64,000 nucleotides of DNA from Octopus bimaculoides (lineage: Eukaryota). Below the pieces are notes generated by a model. It ran no database searches, was not told the DNA's origin, and saw nothing but the letters and a program-made list of their open reading frames with translations. The DNA lies in contig NC_068982.1 in NCBI RefSeq assembly GCF_001194135.2, forward strand, positions 20,637,691 through 20,701,690, read 5' to 3'. Shown here piece by piece: positions 1 through 12,757 of the stretch. Numbering within the stretch: the stretch's first letter is position 1; the number at the start of each line of letters is the position of its first letter. A program made the position numbers and the translations under genes.

Positions 1-394
1 TATATATATATATATATATATGAAGTTAATAAAAGAAAATGGAGAAGAAATATAGTGAATATTTGGTTAATTTCATTTGTATCACAACGTAAGAAAATGC
101 AATACATATAAAATTTAGGATGTAAAGCAAACGAATCAACAAAAGAAATAAACATATATTGCGGAAGCTTCTATCAATATATATATTTCATAACACCAGC
201 CAGTTGATATCCGGATTTTTAAAACAAATCCCTCACGATGAAATTACATCCTCAATATTTGAATATATATAGGAAAAATAATGATGAGAGACAAAAGATA
301 GTTTACTGAAGTATATTCGGTTGTAAAATTATGGTGCGTACAAAATCATGTATTAAAAATGTATTTCATTTTCATTTTTTTTTCATTTTATCTA

Positions 395-435
395 GTTTCA
401 GCTCATGAGCTGTGGCCATGCTGGGGCACCGCCAT
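395..435 (-). mobile_element. SINE family A, 3' tail fragment
   Basis: tttcagctcatgagctgtggccatgctggggcaccgcc resembles the tail end of the fuller copy at 11435-11805 (tttcagctgtg...ggggcaccacc). Confidence 0.6.
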
Positions 436-1035
436 TTGGTGTTGCTACACAATTTTACTTCACGAATTTTACTTTAGGAATTGACATAAATGAATATATA
501 CGCTTAAAAATATACTAAAATACATTAAATATATATAAATATACTAATAATATATTAATCGCATAGAATATATAACCCTACTTACAATAAAAACAGCGTT
601 GAAATTATATACACAGAATAGGTGGTGTAGATAATATTGAAAATGTTTATAGGTCGTTGAAATCTGACCCCGTTTCTGAAGGCATAGTGGTGGAAAAATG
701 TAATACAATTTAAATTCCAATAATCTAATATCTCCGCCTCCTTCTTCACGGAATTTTCCAACTGGTAAGGCTACATTTGTCATGTACTATGGTGGAATTC
801 GATGCTGATAACGTTTATAAAATTAAATACTAATTATTATGGTGGGTGGGTGCTTAACTTTCTTTTATTCTACACTAGTAGAATGGGAAAACATATTACT
901 ATTGATATAAAGCTCTTAATAATGTTAGAAGTGGAAGGTTGGAGAAGATGACATAGAATAAGTTTATATTTTTTCCGATTTAATGGAATAATCTATTGTT
1001 GACGGTTAACAAAATATCTAAGGGTTGAATCATAC

Positions 1036-1116
1036 CTGTGTCTACCGGAAAAGATGGCATCAGAAAACCTGTTTAGCATTGAAGAATTGTGCCTACACAG
1101 AATGGATAAGGATTCC
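1036..1116 (-). CDS. Candidate exon, 81 nt; unknown product
   Basis: Acceptor tctttgtattag, donor CAG|gtatga. One fully open frame, phase 2 (ESLSILCRHNSSMLNRFSDAIFSGRH). No homology recognised. Confidence 0.25.
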
Positions 1117-1761
1117 CTAATACAAAGATTACATTTATGTGTATATGAATTAATTGTAAGGAGGTGCTTCCGTTACTATTGGCCACGATAATTTATACTG
1201 AATATTTAGCGCTTTAAGACTATGGATATGCGTAGCTAAAGAAATAGTTAATGTGTTTTCTTTTTAATCCTGTTTTCCTATGGCTCAAATATACTGAGCA
1301 CTTCGATGTGTCCTATATATGGAGAACATTTTATCTCTTGAAAATAAATTATACATATATANNNNNNNNNNNNNNNNNNNNNNNNNNNNNNNNNNNNNNN
1401 NNNNNNNNNNNNNNNNNNNNNNNNNNNNNNNNNNNNNNNNNNNNNNNNNNNNNNNNNNNNNNNNNNNNNNNNNNNNNNNNNNNNNNNNNNNNNNNNNNNN
1501 NNNNNNNNNNNNNNNNNNNNNNNNNNNNNNNNNNNNNNNNNNNNNNNNNNNNNNNNNNNNNNNNNNNNNNNNNNNNNNNNNNNNNNNNNNNNNNNNNNNN
1601 NNNNNNNNNNNNNNNNNNNNNNNNNNNNNNNNNNNNNNNNNNNNNNNNNNNNNNNNNNNNNNNNNNNNNNNNNNNNNNNNNNNNNNNNNNNNNNNGGGGG
1701 GGGGGGGCAACACAGGCACAAACATATACACACACATACACATATATGTACATATATATAC

Positions 1762-2056
1762 GCGACAGGCTTCTTTCAGTTTCTGTCTACGAAATCAACT
1801 CACAAGGCTTTGGTCGGCCCGAGGCTATAGTAGAAGACACTTGCCCAATGTGTCACGCAGCAGGCATGAACCCAGAACCATGTTGTTGGTAAGCAAGCTA
1901 CTTTATTTCATAAATATTTGCCATAAAGGGATTACAAAGAGGGTACGAACAAGGACAGGCAAACATACAAGGGGTGAAGTAGCTGTATAGATTAAATATT
2001 TACAATTTTAAATATACAATACAAATTGGATTCTATACCACACAGCCACTCCTTCG
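1762..2056 (-). mobile_element. SINE family A head, interrupted by a 133 bp insertion (1904-2036)
   Basis: Matches copies at 4636-4790 and 59350-59505 (cttctttcagttt...ctcacaaggctttggtcggcccgaggctatagtagaagacacttgcccaa). The consensus aagcaagctactt|accacacagccactcc is split between 1903 and 2037. Confidence 0.85.
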
Positions 2057-2439
2057 CCTGGGTTAATGGTCTATACAAATAAACAAAAAATATTGTTAAA
2101 AGAATAAGTCAAATATGATTTGGAAAAGACACAAAAGTATATTTTAGAGAATGTTAAACACTTGTTACAGTGCATGGTTTAGAATATCACCGGTATCCAT
2201 GTATCTATCTTATCAAATATTAAAAAAGATTTTTTTAGGAAATCGAAGAAAAATAAATTTGGGTTAACAGTTTGTACTCATGCTTTAATGCATAGTGAAA
2301 TTTATTTTAGAGTCAGTCCCTATATATGTTTTGTCTATGTAGCTTTGGGGTGGAGTTCAAGAGTTCAAGTTTCAGGAATTCTATTGAAAATAAGTGTTTT
2401 GAATTAAATAGGTGGCTTCTATTCAGGATACAGACAGCT

Positions 2440-2769
2440 ATGTGTTAGTGTGTGTGTATGCATGTGCTTGGAATATATTGTCAAAACATTTTTTTTTTTT
2501 ACCTTTATTCTATTGTGAGAATATGGTCAGTGGTTTAGAGTAATCGTTCAAATGATTTTCAAGAAATTAATTTCATTGCTGTCGTTGTTGTTATGTGTGC
2601 GTAAATGTGTTGCTTTGTTTGTGTGATTGCGTAAGTCTTGTGTGTGTGGGTGTGTGTGTGTGTGTGTCTGTGTGTATTATGTGTTTATGTGTGTTGTTTT
2701 TGGCTTTGGAAATCTGTTTTGTATATTGTGATGAGTGTGTATATGTATGTGTGTTTTTGTTTTTTTATT

Positions 2770-2808
<39 letters not shown>

Positions 2809-3720
2809 GCGGTGTGTGTGTGTGTGCGTGCGTGTATGTGTATGTGTGCACGTGCGTGTGTGTGTGACAGATCCTTAGTTATTGATTAATAGTGGATGTT
2901 TGGTCTTAATTTGTTGTAGGAATTGGTGTGTGTGTACGTATGTGTGTTGTTTTGTCTGTGCGTGTGCATAGTTTTAGTAGTAATGTATATGTTTTTTTTT
3001 CTTTTTGCTCTTTGGTGGTGTATGTGTATGTATTTTTATGTGTGTGTGTGTGTATTTTGTTTTATTTTTTTCGATATATGTACTGTAATTTGTAGAGTCT
3101 GAGTTCGTATTCTTTGTTAAAGAATTTGGTGAGTGGGTGATTTTGTATGTTTTTTTCTGTAGTATGTGTGTTCTTTTGTATGTATAGGTGTATATTCTTA
3201 GTGGTGTATGTTTTTGTGTGTATGGATGTCTGTATAAATGTGTATTGTTTGGATTTTGGTGGTGGTGTGTGTGTGTATGCATGTGTATGATTTGATTTTG
3301 CTTTTTGGAAATATGTCCTGTAATATGTGTGTGTGCTATTGTGGTGTGTGTGTGTTATTGTGGTGTGTGTGTGTTATATTGTGTGTGCTATTGTGTTTTT
3401 GTTTTATGGGAATGTTTTGTGTGTATGTGTGTGTTTGGCTTTATGTGAATGTTTTGTGTGTGCGTGTGTGTGTTTATGTGTGTGCGTTATTGTTGTGCGT
3501 GTGGGTGTTATAGCGGTGTATGTATTATTGTGATGTATGTATTATTGTGGTTTGTGTGCTATTTTGTTTGTGCTATTGTATGTTTCGTTTTATGGGAATA
3601 TCTTGTGTGTGCGTGTGTGTGTTAGTTTTATGGGAATGCTGTGTGTGTGTGTCCATGCGTGTGCTTGTGTTTGTTTGTCTGACAGGTTCTTATTTATTGA
3701 TTAATGGTAGATGTTGTGAT
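2440..3720. repeat. Degenerate (GT)n-rich compound satellite, about 1.3 kb
   Basis: Runs of tgtgtg with recurring ttttatgggaat and ctattgtg sub-units; strongly G/T-skewed. Confidence 0.8.
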
Positions 3721-3931
3721 GTTTAGAAGTGGTTTAATTGTTTTTACATGTTTATTATCTGTTGTTGGGTGAAAGAGTCCGAGTACTTTTACAAGGGGAA
3801 AATTTTGAAAATGGGTAAGGCCATTTCCACAGTTTGCAGTGTGATGACTTAGGGGAAATTATCTTGCGCTCACAACTTGGATTTCTTGGCGGTCTGTCGT
3901 CATTCTGTTGTGTAATGCAACGCCCGTCTTA

Positions 3932-4127
3932 GACGGCGAACTAGTTGAAACGTTAGCATGCCGGGCGAAATGGTTAGCCGTATTTCGTCTGCCATTACGT
4001 TTTGAGCTGAAATTCCACCGAGGTCCACTTTGCTTTTTATCCTTTCGGGGTCGATAAAATTAATACCGGTTGCGTACTGGGGGCGATCTAATCGACTGGC
4101 CCATGCCCCAAAAGTTCGGGCCTTGTG
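3932..4127 (+). mobile_element. SINE family B, near full length
   Basis: tRNA-like head (gggcgaaatggttagccgtatttcg...gagctgaaattcc) plus central atcctttcggggtcgataaaattaataccggttg; the same family occurs at 5578, 27635 and 50985. Confidence 0.85.
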
Positions 4128-4635
4128 AGATTGGCTGTAAATCTTTAGGTCGCGAAATCTCATGACTACATTGGCATGTGTATGGGCTACCTTCGTTCCC
4201 ATAGCAGTATATATATANNNNNNNNNNNNNNNNNNNNNNNNNNNNNNNNNNNNNNNNNNNNNNNNNNNNNNNNNNNNNNNNNNNNNNNNNNNNNNNNNNN
4301 NNNNNNNNNNNNNNNNNNNNNNNNNNNNNNNNNNNNNNNNNNNNNNNNNNNNNNNNNNNNNNNNNNNNNNNNNNNNNNNNNNNNNNNNNNNNNNNNNNNN
4401 NNNNNNNNNNNNNNNNNNNNNNNNNNNNNNNNNNNNNNNNNNNNNNNNNNNNNNNNNNNNNNNNNNNNNNNNNNNNNNNNNNNNNNNNNNNNNNNNNNNN
4501 NNNNNNNNNNNNNNNNNNNNNNNNNNNNNNNNNNNNNNNNNNNNNNNNNNNNNNNNNNNNNNNNNNNNNNNNNNNNNNNNNNNNNNNNNNNNNNNNNNNN
4601 NNNNNNNNNNNNNATATATATATATATATATATAC

Positions 4636-4790
4636 ACGACGGGCTTCTTCAATTTTCGGTCTACCAAATCCACTCACAAGGCTTTGTTCCGCCCGAGGCT
4701 ATAGTAGAATACTCTTGCTCAAGGTGCTACGCACATGGTCTGAACTCATAAACATGTGGATAGGAAGCAAGCTTCTTACCACACAATCAC
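4636..4790 (-). mobile_element. SINE family A head
   Basis: gacgggcttcttc...ccaaatccactcacaaggc...tatagtagaa...aagcaagcttcttaccacac. Confidence 0.85.
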
Positions 4791-5577
4791 GCCTAGTATT
4801 TTTTGTTCGTGTATAATAGCAAAATGCATAAGCAAACCTTCAATGTACGAATACAGATTTCTTCTCTCTTTTTCTATATCTGTCTAAACATATTCTTGAA
4901 CCCTTCTCTTTATATATGTATGTGTGAATATTGAGAGTCTCTATCCAATCTCCTATAGGATGGATATAATATTTTGTATTTTCATATATGTTTCATACAC
5001 CTATTCGTTTTAAAAGAAGCTTAGTAACAAAATAGAACTGTTTGACACCAGTCACATTGGTATCTGTCTTCCAGAATATAAACCCGAACAGGATCTAAAT
5101 GAATGAAAATTATAAATTTATTTACAAAGATTAAAATACCGTTGAAATACAAAGTTATTGCGTCAAAATATTTTAAATTTCCTTACTTATATCTCTTCCG
5201 ACATACTGTTCTTAGACAAGGGCAATCGCACCATAATGGAAAATATCAAACAAAGAAATGCAGCTTGTAAAGGAGAAAAACAAATTAATATATACAAATA
5301 AACTGATACTAACATTTTGCTACGCATACGTATTAACTGTAAACAAAATGAAAATGTTACTATATTTCAACAAAAGAAAACTGAACTTTGCAGACAACAT
5401 TTTCTAAAACCACATCAAACGCAAACGCAACGGTATGTTTTTTTTTTCGGTCAAACGAATATCTGGTAAACAACAAGTAAATCTGATCGGTTTAATTTTT
5501 CAATATACAAAAATTCCATTGGTACTATTCATTTCTTTAGACGATAGCAAGAATCAGCCAATATATAATCACCGAAA

Positions 5578-5760
5578 GGCGGTGAGCGGTAGAATCGTTG
5601 GCATTCCGGTAAAATGCTTAGCGGCATTTCGTCCATCTTTAATTCTGAGTTAAAATTCCGGGTTCGATAAAATAAGTACCAGTTGACCACCACTCGGAGC
5701 GATATAATGGACAAAACCCATCCCTCAAATTTACTGACTTTGTGCCAAAATTTGAAATTA
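5578..5760 (+). mobile_element. SINE family B, internally deleted
   Basis: aaatgcttagcggcatttcgtcc...ttctgagttaaaattccg is joined directly to tcgataaaataagtaccagttg. Confidence 0.75.
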
Positions 5761-7399
5761 ATATCTATTCCTTGTATATTGTGAACGTAGTCTAGTAACT
5801 GACTCGCGCTTGGCAATGTTGACGAACATATGATACGAAAGAAATTCCTTATTAAAGCATATTTTCCACTGAATTATATGCAACATTATCAAAAATAGAA
5901 CTAGTAGAACTAGTATCAAGTTGCAAATAGTAGAAAGCATCCGACAATATTTATTTAGCTGCAAAACATTTGTCATCTATATGAGAGAGCGTTTGACTCC
6001 CGGCTCAATTGTTTAAAAGAAAAAGGACGCTGTGAATTCATTTCAATAGAATGTTTCGTTGTGCAACATGCACTATTTCAAGGTCAAGAGATTGTGAAAG
6101 ATAGAGAGAGATGAAGCTACAAATAAGTGCTAATGAAGGATGACTAAACATGTCAGCCGAATTTTTCAATGTTTCTAAGTCACAGAAGGCTGATCAACAC
6201 TGTTGAGTTTGTCCGTATTTAACTTGAAGCACACACCCGTGCATACGATACAATAATGGATTTTAGCTGACGCTGTAACGCGTACACCAAATCCCATTAC
6301 TTTCTGCATATACACACATAGGCATACACCCAAGCACATATGTCTGTAATGATCCTATCGGTATAAACGTGCCACATATACATGAACTTAAACGTAACTT
6401 AAGTAACTGTTTTGGAACACAGAATGATTGCTACTGATTAAAATGAAAAACTGCAGCTACAAAATAATGAAAACCCATGTGGAATACAATGACAGAGACA
6501 CAAATTTCCAGTTGTATCCATTTGTAATATACATGAAATCTGGTTATAAGAATGAAGTATATATAAAAAAGATGTTAAAGAAATGCTCTAGGTTATAACT
6601 TCAAAAGACGTGTGCACGAATTGTGAGAATCTTACAAAATGCGCACCCGCTGACACAAGGACAAATACTAGGAAATGAAGAAGTTATATAATAATATATT
6701 CAGAAATGCACACGCACATACAGCTACATCTTCATGTATACATATATACATGCATATATNNNNNNNNNNNNNNNNNNNNNNNNNNNNNNNNNNNNNNNNN
6801 NNNNNNNNNNNNNNNNNNNNNNNNNNNNNNNNNNNNNNNNNNNNNNNNNNNNNNNNNNNNNNNNNNNNNNNNNNNNNNNNNNNNNNNNNNNNNNNNNNNN
6901 NNNNNNNNNNNNNNNNNNNNNNNNNNNNNNNNNNNNNNNNNNNNNNNNNNNNNNNNNNNNNNNNNNNNNNNNNNNNNNNNNNNNNNNNNNNNNNNNNNNN
7001 NNNNNNNNNNNNNNNNNNNNNNNNNNNNNNNNNNNNNNNNNNNNNNNNNNNNNNNNNNNNNNNNNNNNNNNNNNNNNNNNNNNNNNNNNNNNNNNNNNNN
7101 NNNNNNNNNNNNNNNNNNNNNNNNNNNNNNNNNNNNNNNNNNNNNNNNNNNNNNNNNNNNNNNNNNNNNNNNNNNNNNNNNNNNNNNNNNNNNNNNNNNN
7201 NNATATATATATATATATACATGCACACACACATATAAATATATATCTACTTCTCTTACCCAATGTGCTTGCATACACTTACATGTATACAAACACATTC
7301 TTGTGCATAAATACACGCACAAGCAAACAAAAGCACGCACACTCAAAAACACACACACATACACGCGTATATTCACTCGCATACACTCACTAACATTTA

Positions 7400-7447
<48 letters not shown>

Positions 7448-7833
7448 CGCAGAAAACTGTTCAATGTTTCCATGGAACATTCACTCAATAAATATTAGAT
7501 GAAGAGCAGATAATAGAAAGTGATTATTTAATGCAACACTCCAATCCTAATCATAAATTATTACTAAAAGCACGTATACAGAATACAGATGAAAGCTGTT
7601 TTTTGTTTAGCCATTTAAGTAATATAGAAATACGTTGAAGAATGAGAAAATGAATCCCGATGGTCTTCATCCATAAAGGTAATAAGTCTCTATAGAATAG
7701 TTTTTAACACGAATACTGGGACTCGTGCATGGCAGGTAATCTGTTTGCACGGAACTAAATGACAGAGGAATATTTCTTCAAAAGCTTGTAACACGGGCGT
7801 TAATATGTTTTTAATTTATGCCCACGTATATCA

Positions 7834-7864
<31 letters not shown>

Positions 7865-7895
7865 ATATCTATCTATCTATCTATCTATCTATCTG

Positions 7896-7936
<41 letters not shown>

Positions 7937-7945
7937 ATATCTATA

Positions 7946-7979
<34 letters not shown>

Positions 7980-7980
7980 C
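7834..7980. repeat. (ATCT)n microsatellite
   Basis: Direct inspection. Confidence 0.95.
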
Positions 7981-8346
7981 GTATGACTGAACATATATAA
8001 AGTAATATAAAGCTTACTCTCTATTCTCTTACATCAAGCGTTTGTCGTTTTATTTTTTGAATGAACTGAAAATTGTGTCCTGTTGAAACGTTTTGAAGTA
8101 GCTTACAAGGAATAATTTCAAGGGATTTTATTTTACTAATGAATTTATCATCATGAAATCAGATAATTTCTGATTTGTGAATGCGCTTTCATATGTTACG
8201 CGGTGTTCGGTGTATTTCGATGATCAGAATGCCACATGCTTTATTTATTTAGTCACAAGGCTGTTTTGTGACCTTGATGGAATTTTTGTGATTAACGAAT
8301 TTGAAAATTTGAGAGAAACAAACAACTAAGTATTTGACGAACTTAC

Positions 8347-8391
8347 GCAAAAAAGTATCACGTGATAGAAAATTGTGCCTTTGATCCGTTC
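8347..8391 (-). CDS. Candidate internal exon, 45 nt; unknown product
   Basis: Strong acceptor ttatttttctctcag and donor gtaagt. Length divisible by 3; open in phase 0 (ERIKGTIFYHVILFC) and phase 1 (TDQRHNFLSRDTFL). Confidence 0.35.
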
Positions 8392-8631
8392 CTGAGAGAA
8401 AAATAACATACCGATAATGAACACGAGTTTATTCAATCTAATAATGCCGCTCAACCCCTAAATTTCAGGACTTCTATTCGTGTTATTACTATTTATAATG
8501 ATTACTTTTCAGTCTTAATGAATTGTTTATACGTTTGAATCTAAAGTATTATATTATATTATCTATCTATTTATCTATCTATGCACCCACACATATATGC
8601 ATATATATCTATATATCTATATATATATATC

Positions 8632-8690
<59 letters not shown>

Positions 8691-8770
8691 GTGTGTGTGT
8701 GTGTGTGTATATGTATGAGCGTATGTATATATATATGTGTGTGTGTGTGTGGGGGTGTATGTATGTGCGT

Positions 8771-8939
8771 ATATTTGAATAATTATAATAGTTTCAAATT
8801 ATTTAGAGTTGTTTGGTAATATAAACACGAGGTTAGTGGCTGAGTAATTCAAATTGTGTAAAGATTTGCTACAACGTTATAACGGAAATGTCCTGACATA
8901 GCAAGTGTTTTTATCTGAGATCGTGTGCTGACAATTAAG
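8771..8939 (+). repeat. 169 bp direct repeat, copy 1
   Basis: Near-identical to 9783-9951 (offset 1012 bp), with only scattered substitutions. Confidence 0.95.
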
Positions 8940-9670
8940 TTATTTCCTGTTAAAATTTGTCGTATTTGGGTAATTTCTACCAGTCAAACGACGTGTATTC
9001 GCTACTGCTGTTTGCGAGAGTAATCGAAGAGGAACAACTTCCGGGTCATCTTTACTAAATGTCACCACTTTGTTCTATTCGTATGGCGAGCGAACCACCT
9101 TTATTCTTTCTTCCTTTCTAGTCAGCTCCGTGCATTTCATATTATTTCCCTCCCTTCTACACTATCAACTACCAACCAGCCTGCGAACTTATCACTGTCA
9201 CTACAATTACCGTATTTCCCGTGTATAAGCCACTATCTGTTTCGTTTTACCTTCATGTTTTGATAATGTTATTTTTTTATGTAGTAAAGACTTTTATATT
9301 GGCAAAATGTATTTGTTGTTGATTATAGTAAGATAAAATCATGACAATAACAATACATCTCATTGTTTTGAAACTACATATACATCAATAACAAAAAAGC
9401 TAGCTACGATTTTTCGAATAGAATGGTGAGATTTCGTAGAGTTGACCCGAAATTTGTTCCCTTCGATTAACTATCGCAAACAGCAGTAGCTTTCTTCAAC
9501 CGAATGCACGTCGTTGATTGATTGAAATTACCCAAATTCGACAACTTTAACATAAAGTAACTGCTAAAATACCAAATTTTGTCAAAAACGTTCAGAGTGA
9601 ACTGTGTTCTACTTGAGTATTCGAAGTTTCAAACTGCTTAGTTAGAAAACAATTTATTAAAAAAATCTCT
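8938..9670. mobile_element. Non-autonomous element with long inverted repeats (about 140 bp arms at 8938-9080 and 9412-9562)
   Basis: gctactgctgtttgcgagagtaatcgaagaggaac is mirrored by gttcccttcgattaactatcgcaaacagcagtagc. The subterminal motif ttgtcgtattt..gtaatttc.acca.tca..gacgt is shared with the MITE at 46455-47038. Confidence 0.8.
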
Positions 9671-9782
9671 GATTGAGACTAAATAGATCTGAATTTTTCT
9701 AATTATTTATTAATTCTAAAGCTATTTATTCATTGTATTGTTTCTAATAATTAGGATTTTGTTTCTTTATTTATCAGTAGAT

Positions 9783-9951
9783 ATATTTGAATAATTATAA
9801 TACTTTCAAATTAATTAGAGTTGTTTGGGAATATAAACACGAGGTAATTTGCTGAGTAATTCAAATTGTTTAAAGATTTGCTACAACGTTATAACGGAAA
9901 TGTCCTGACATAGCAAGTGTTTTTATCTGACATCGTGTGCTGACAATTAAG
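9783..9951 (+). repeat. 169 bp direct repeat, copy 2
   Basis: See 8771-8939. Confidence 0.95.
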
Positions 9952-10554
9952 CGATTGCAGCGTGGAAGACATAAATTAATCATTCAGATAAAAAAAGAAT
10001 CGACTTCACTGATTTATAATATGGTGTTCACCTTCTCGTCACTTGAATATACGACCAGTTCACTGACAAAAAATGTTGCTGCATCTGAATATTCTCGAAA
10101 ATACTTCGCTATATATCGCTTGGGACGTTTCCCTTATTATTGTCTTCGTTTTTGTTAGCACAGTCTGTCGTTCATTTTGGATGCTATTGGGGTTCGTTTA
10201 TCACTGATTTTTGCAATCAGCTGTCTTTCATATATTCCTTCTTACTTCTTTCAGCCTCATTTTTCGACGAAAACAACGTAAGAGTACTGAATGTTTCAAG
10301 GAGTGGCTCGCTTTTCCTCCTACCCCCTTTTATATTTCCCTCTTTCCTTGTCTCTTCGTACTTTATCGATAATATCTTTCTTTTATTGTTGTTATTTATA
10401 TTGCCTTTGCCGACTGTATTGCTGTCAATATCATTGAAATCACTTGTATTAACATTGCTACTGCTATTGCCTACTGCTCTTTGCTGCTATTACTGAATCT
10501 CCCGTCCCAACACTATGACAACATCAACTGACATTACTACTGTTGCTGCCACTA

Positions 10555-10775
10555 AATCCGCTCACAAGGCTTTCATCGGCCATGTGGTTGGTAAGGAATC
10601 TACTTACCAACCATGTGGTTGGTAAGGAATCTACTTACCAACCATGTAGTTGATAAGGAAGCTACTTACCACACAGCCATGTCTGCTCCTATTGAGCTCA
10701 GAACGCATAGATATGCGAAATACCGCTAAGCATTTTGCCCCGCATGTTAACGATTCTGCCAGGTCACTGCCCTAA
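10555..10775 (-). mobile_element. Deleted SINE A head with a triplicated 31-mer, abutting a SINE B head
   Basis: ccatgtggttggtaaggaatctacttaccaa starts at 10580, 10611 and 10642. gaaataccgctaagcattttgccc (SINE B head, reverse strand) follows at about 10715-10740. Confidence 0.8.
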
Positions 10776-11434
10776 CTTACTGCTATTATTGCGTTCAATA
10801 TAGAAACTATTCACATACCTCTCATATAACTTAAGAAGCCTTAATTCATTATATCAGAAACTGTGTAGTCAGACGTGTATGAGATCCAGACAATATTTAG
10901 GTAAAAGTAGAGAGAAATATCGTTAGGCAAATGTTTGTACTTGGAGTTGAAGTGTAATTTAGCCAATAGTATTAACATAAGAGTTGAATAATTATTGAGT
11001 TGGGCGTCATTATCGCACTTAAGTAAAAAAAAAAAAAAATGTCAACACGATTATAGAAAATTTCGCGCACTTCCCTAGTTTATTTTGTACTTGAATGATT
11101 ACATTTTTTTAATGCTGATCATAATCATTATTTACCTGCAATAAGTTATTCTATTTTATAGTAAAGTTCTGTGTATTTTCCATTTATTATGAAATGAAAG
11201 AAATATGTATACGCCACGACACTAAATAAGGATATTAATGGACTGCAGCTGGTTAATTATGAAATCTATATATACACACAGGTCGTACTTAGTGCATGAT
11301 TTTATACACGCATATATAAATATGTCGGAATGTGTATGTGTTTGTTTATCTACGCATATATCTATTTATACGTGTGTGCACTTATGTACTGTTTCAGTAT
11401 ATTTTACATATTTAGTAAATTTTATCATTGACAT

Positions 11435-11621
11435 CTTTCAGCTGTGCTTATAATGGGGCACCACCTTGAAATTTAGGCTAACTAATCAACCCCAGAAAGT
11501 ATTTGAACCTGGCACTTATACCATCGGTTTCTTTTACCGAACGGATTGTTATGGTGACATAAACATATCAACACCAGTTGTCAAACTGAGGTTATGAACA
11601 AACAAATGCACACAACACACA

Positions 11622-11660
<39 letters not shown>

Positions 11661-11805
11661 GGTGACATTAAGTCAGTTTCTATATATCAAATTCACTCAG
11701 ACGTCTTTGTTCGACTTGAAGCTGTAGTAGATGACTCTTGCCCAAAGTGCCACGTAGCCGGACTGGACGCGGATTGTAAACTTCTTACCACACAGCCATG
11801 CCTGC
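11435..11805 (-). mobile_element. SINE family A, full length with internal (CA)n
   Basis: Head at 11680-11805, (CA)n at about 11605-11655, middle section (acatatcaacaccagttgtcaa), tail ggggcaccacc. Confidence 0.8.
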
Positions 11806-12757
11806 TTCAAAATACTTTTTATTGTAATATTCATTACAATGTATATGACCAATGGAATTTTAGTGTGTTTCTACCTAAATGCTGCAACTATTAAACCATG
11901 AGTCTAGAAATTAGTTATCAGTAGATTTTTCTCTTGAAACGTTAGAGATTTTCACAGTCTTAACCCTTAGAATATATGATTTTAGTAATTGAACAAATTT
12001 CTTAGCATTTTTCAAAGATTTTGACAATTGCATTTATTACATACTATACAGATTAGTTGTTTATTACATCTACTATTTCAAATTAATTTATATTCGTATA
12101 TGCAGCGAACATATACGTGTATTAAAATAAACAATTAATGGTTTCTTCATTTACAATTGCTAGTTATTATTAGTTATTATACAGCACCTGCCCGGTAATG
12201 TGACTATATATTCTTTCTCAGAACACTGTATGTGAATGATTTCATGTTAACACACAGAGTATATGGTGTTTGACTTGTTTTGTTTCTTTTTGCTTTAGTT
12301 TAAACGACTAATTCCAACGTAAACTTTAAACCATTGCAATGAGTAAAAAAAAAAGAACAGTGTAACAACATTTTGCTTATATTAATGACCAGCTGTCGAA
12401 TTATTGAAATTAAAATATATTAGTATTAAAATATATTAGTAATATTGCAATTAATCACTATATTTTATGACAAATTTTCCTTGTTACATTATTTCAACAA
12501 CCATTACGTAGTAGTAGTAATTCTTTTTGTTTTTTAGATAGAAGCTTAGAATAGAAATGCCTTTACCTATGATAGCTGTTTAGGTCGTGTTAAATTATAG
12601 CAAAACGTAAAAATCACCACAATGAATTACCACAAGACAAGAGACATGGTATAAAAAAAAGATTGGACTAACTATTCTAGTAAGTCTTTACTTAGAATGT
12701 AACCTGTCTGGCATTTCATCAACATGCATGGAATTTCAGTTGCTAACTCGAAAACAT

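Noticed and set aside
1054-1191. 45-aa plus-strand ORF in good Kozak context (MASENLFSIEELCLHR...)
   Set aside because: Short, no recognisable homology, and it overlaps a minus-strand exon candidate; this length is expected by chance.
1696-1707. G12 homopolymer as a G-quadruplex candidate
   Set aside because: It directly abuts an N-gap; likely a contig-end sequencing artefact.
10580-10672. CRISPR-like 31-bp palindromic repeats
   Set aside because: No spacers, the unit derives from the SINE head, the context is eukaryotic and no cas genes are present.
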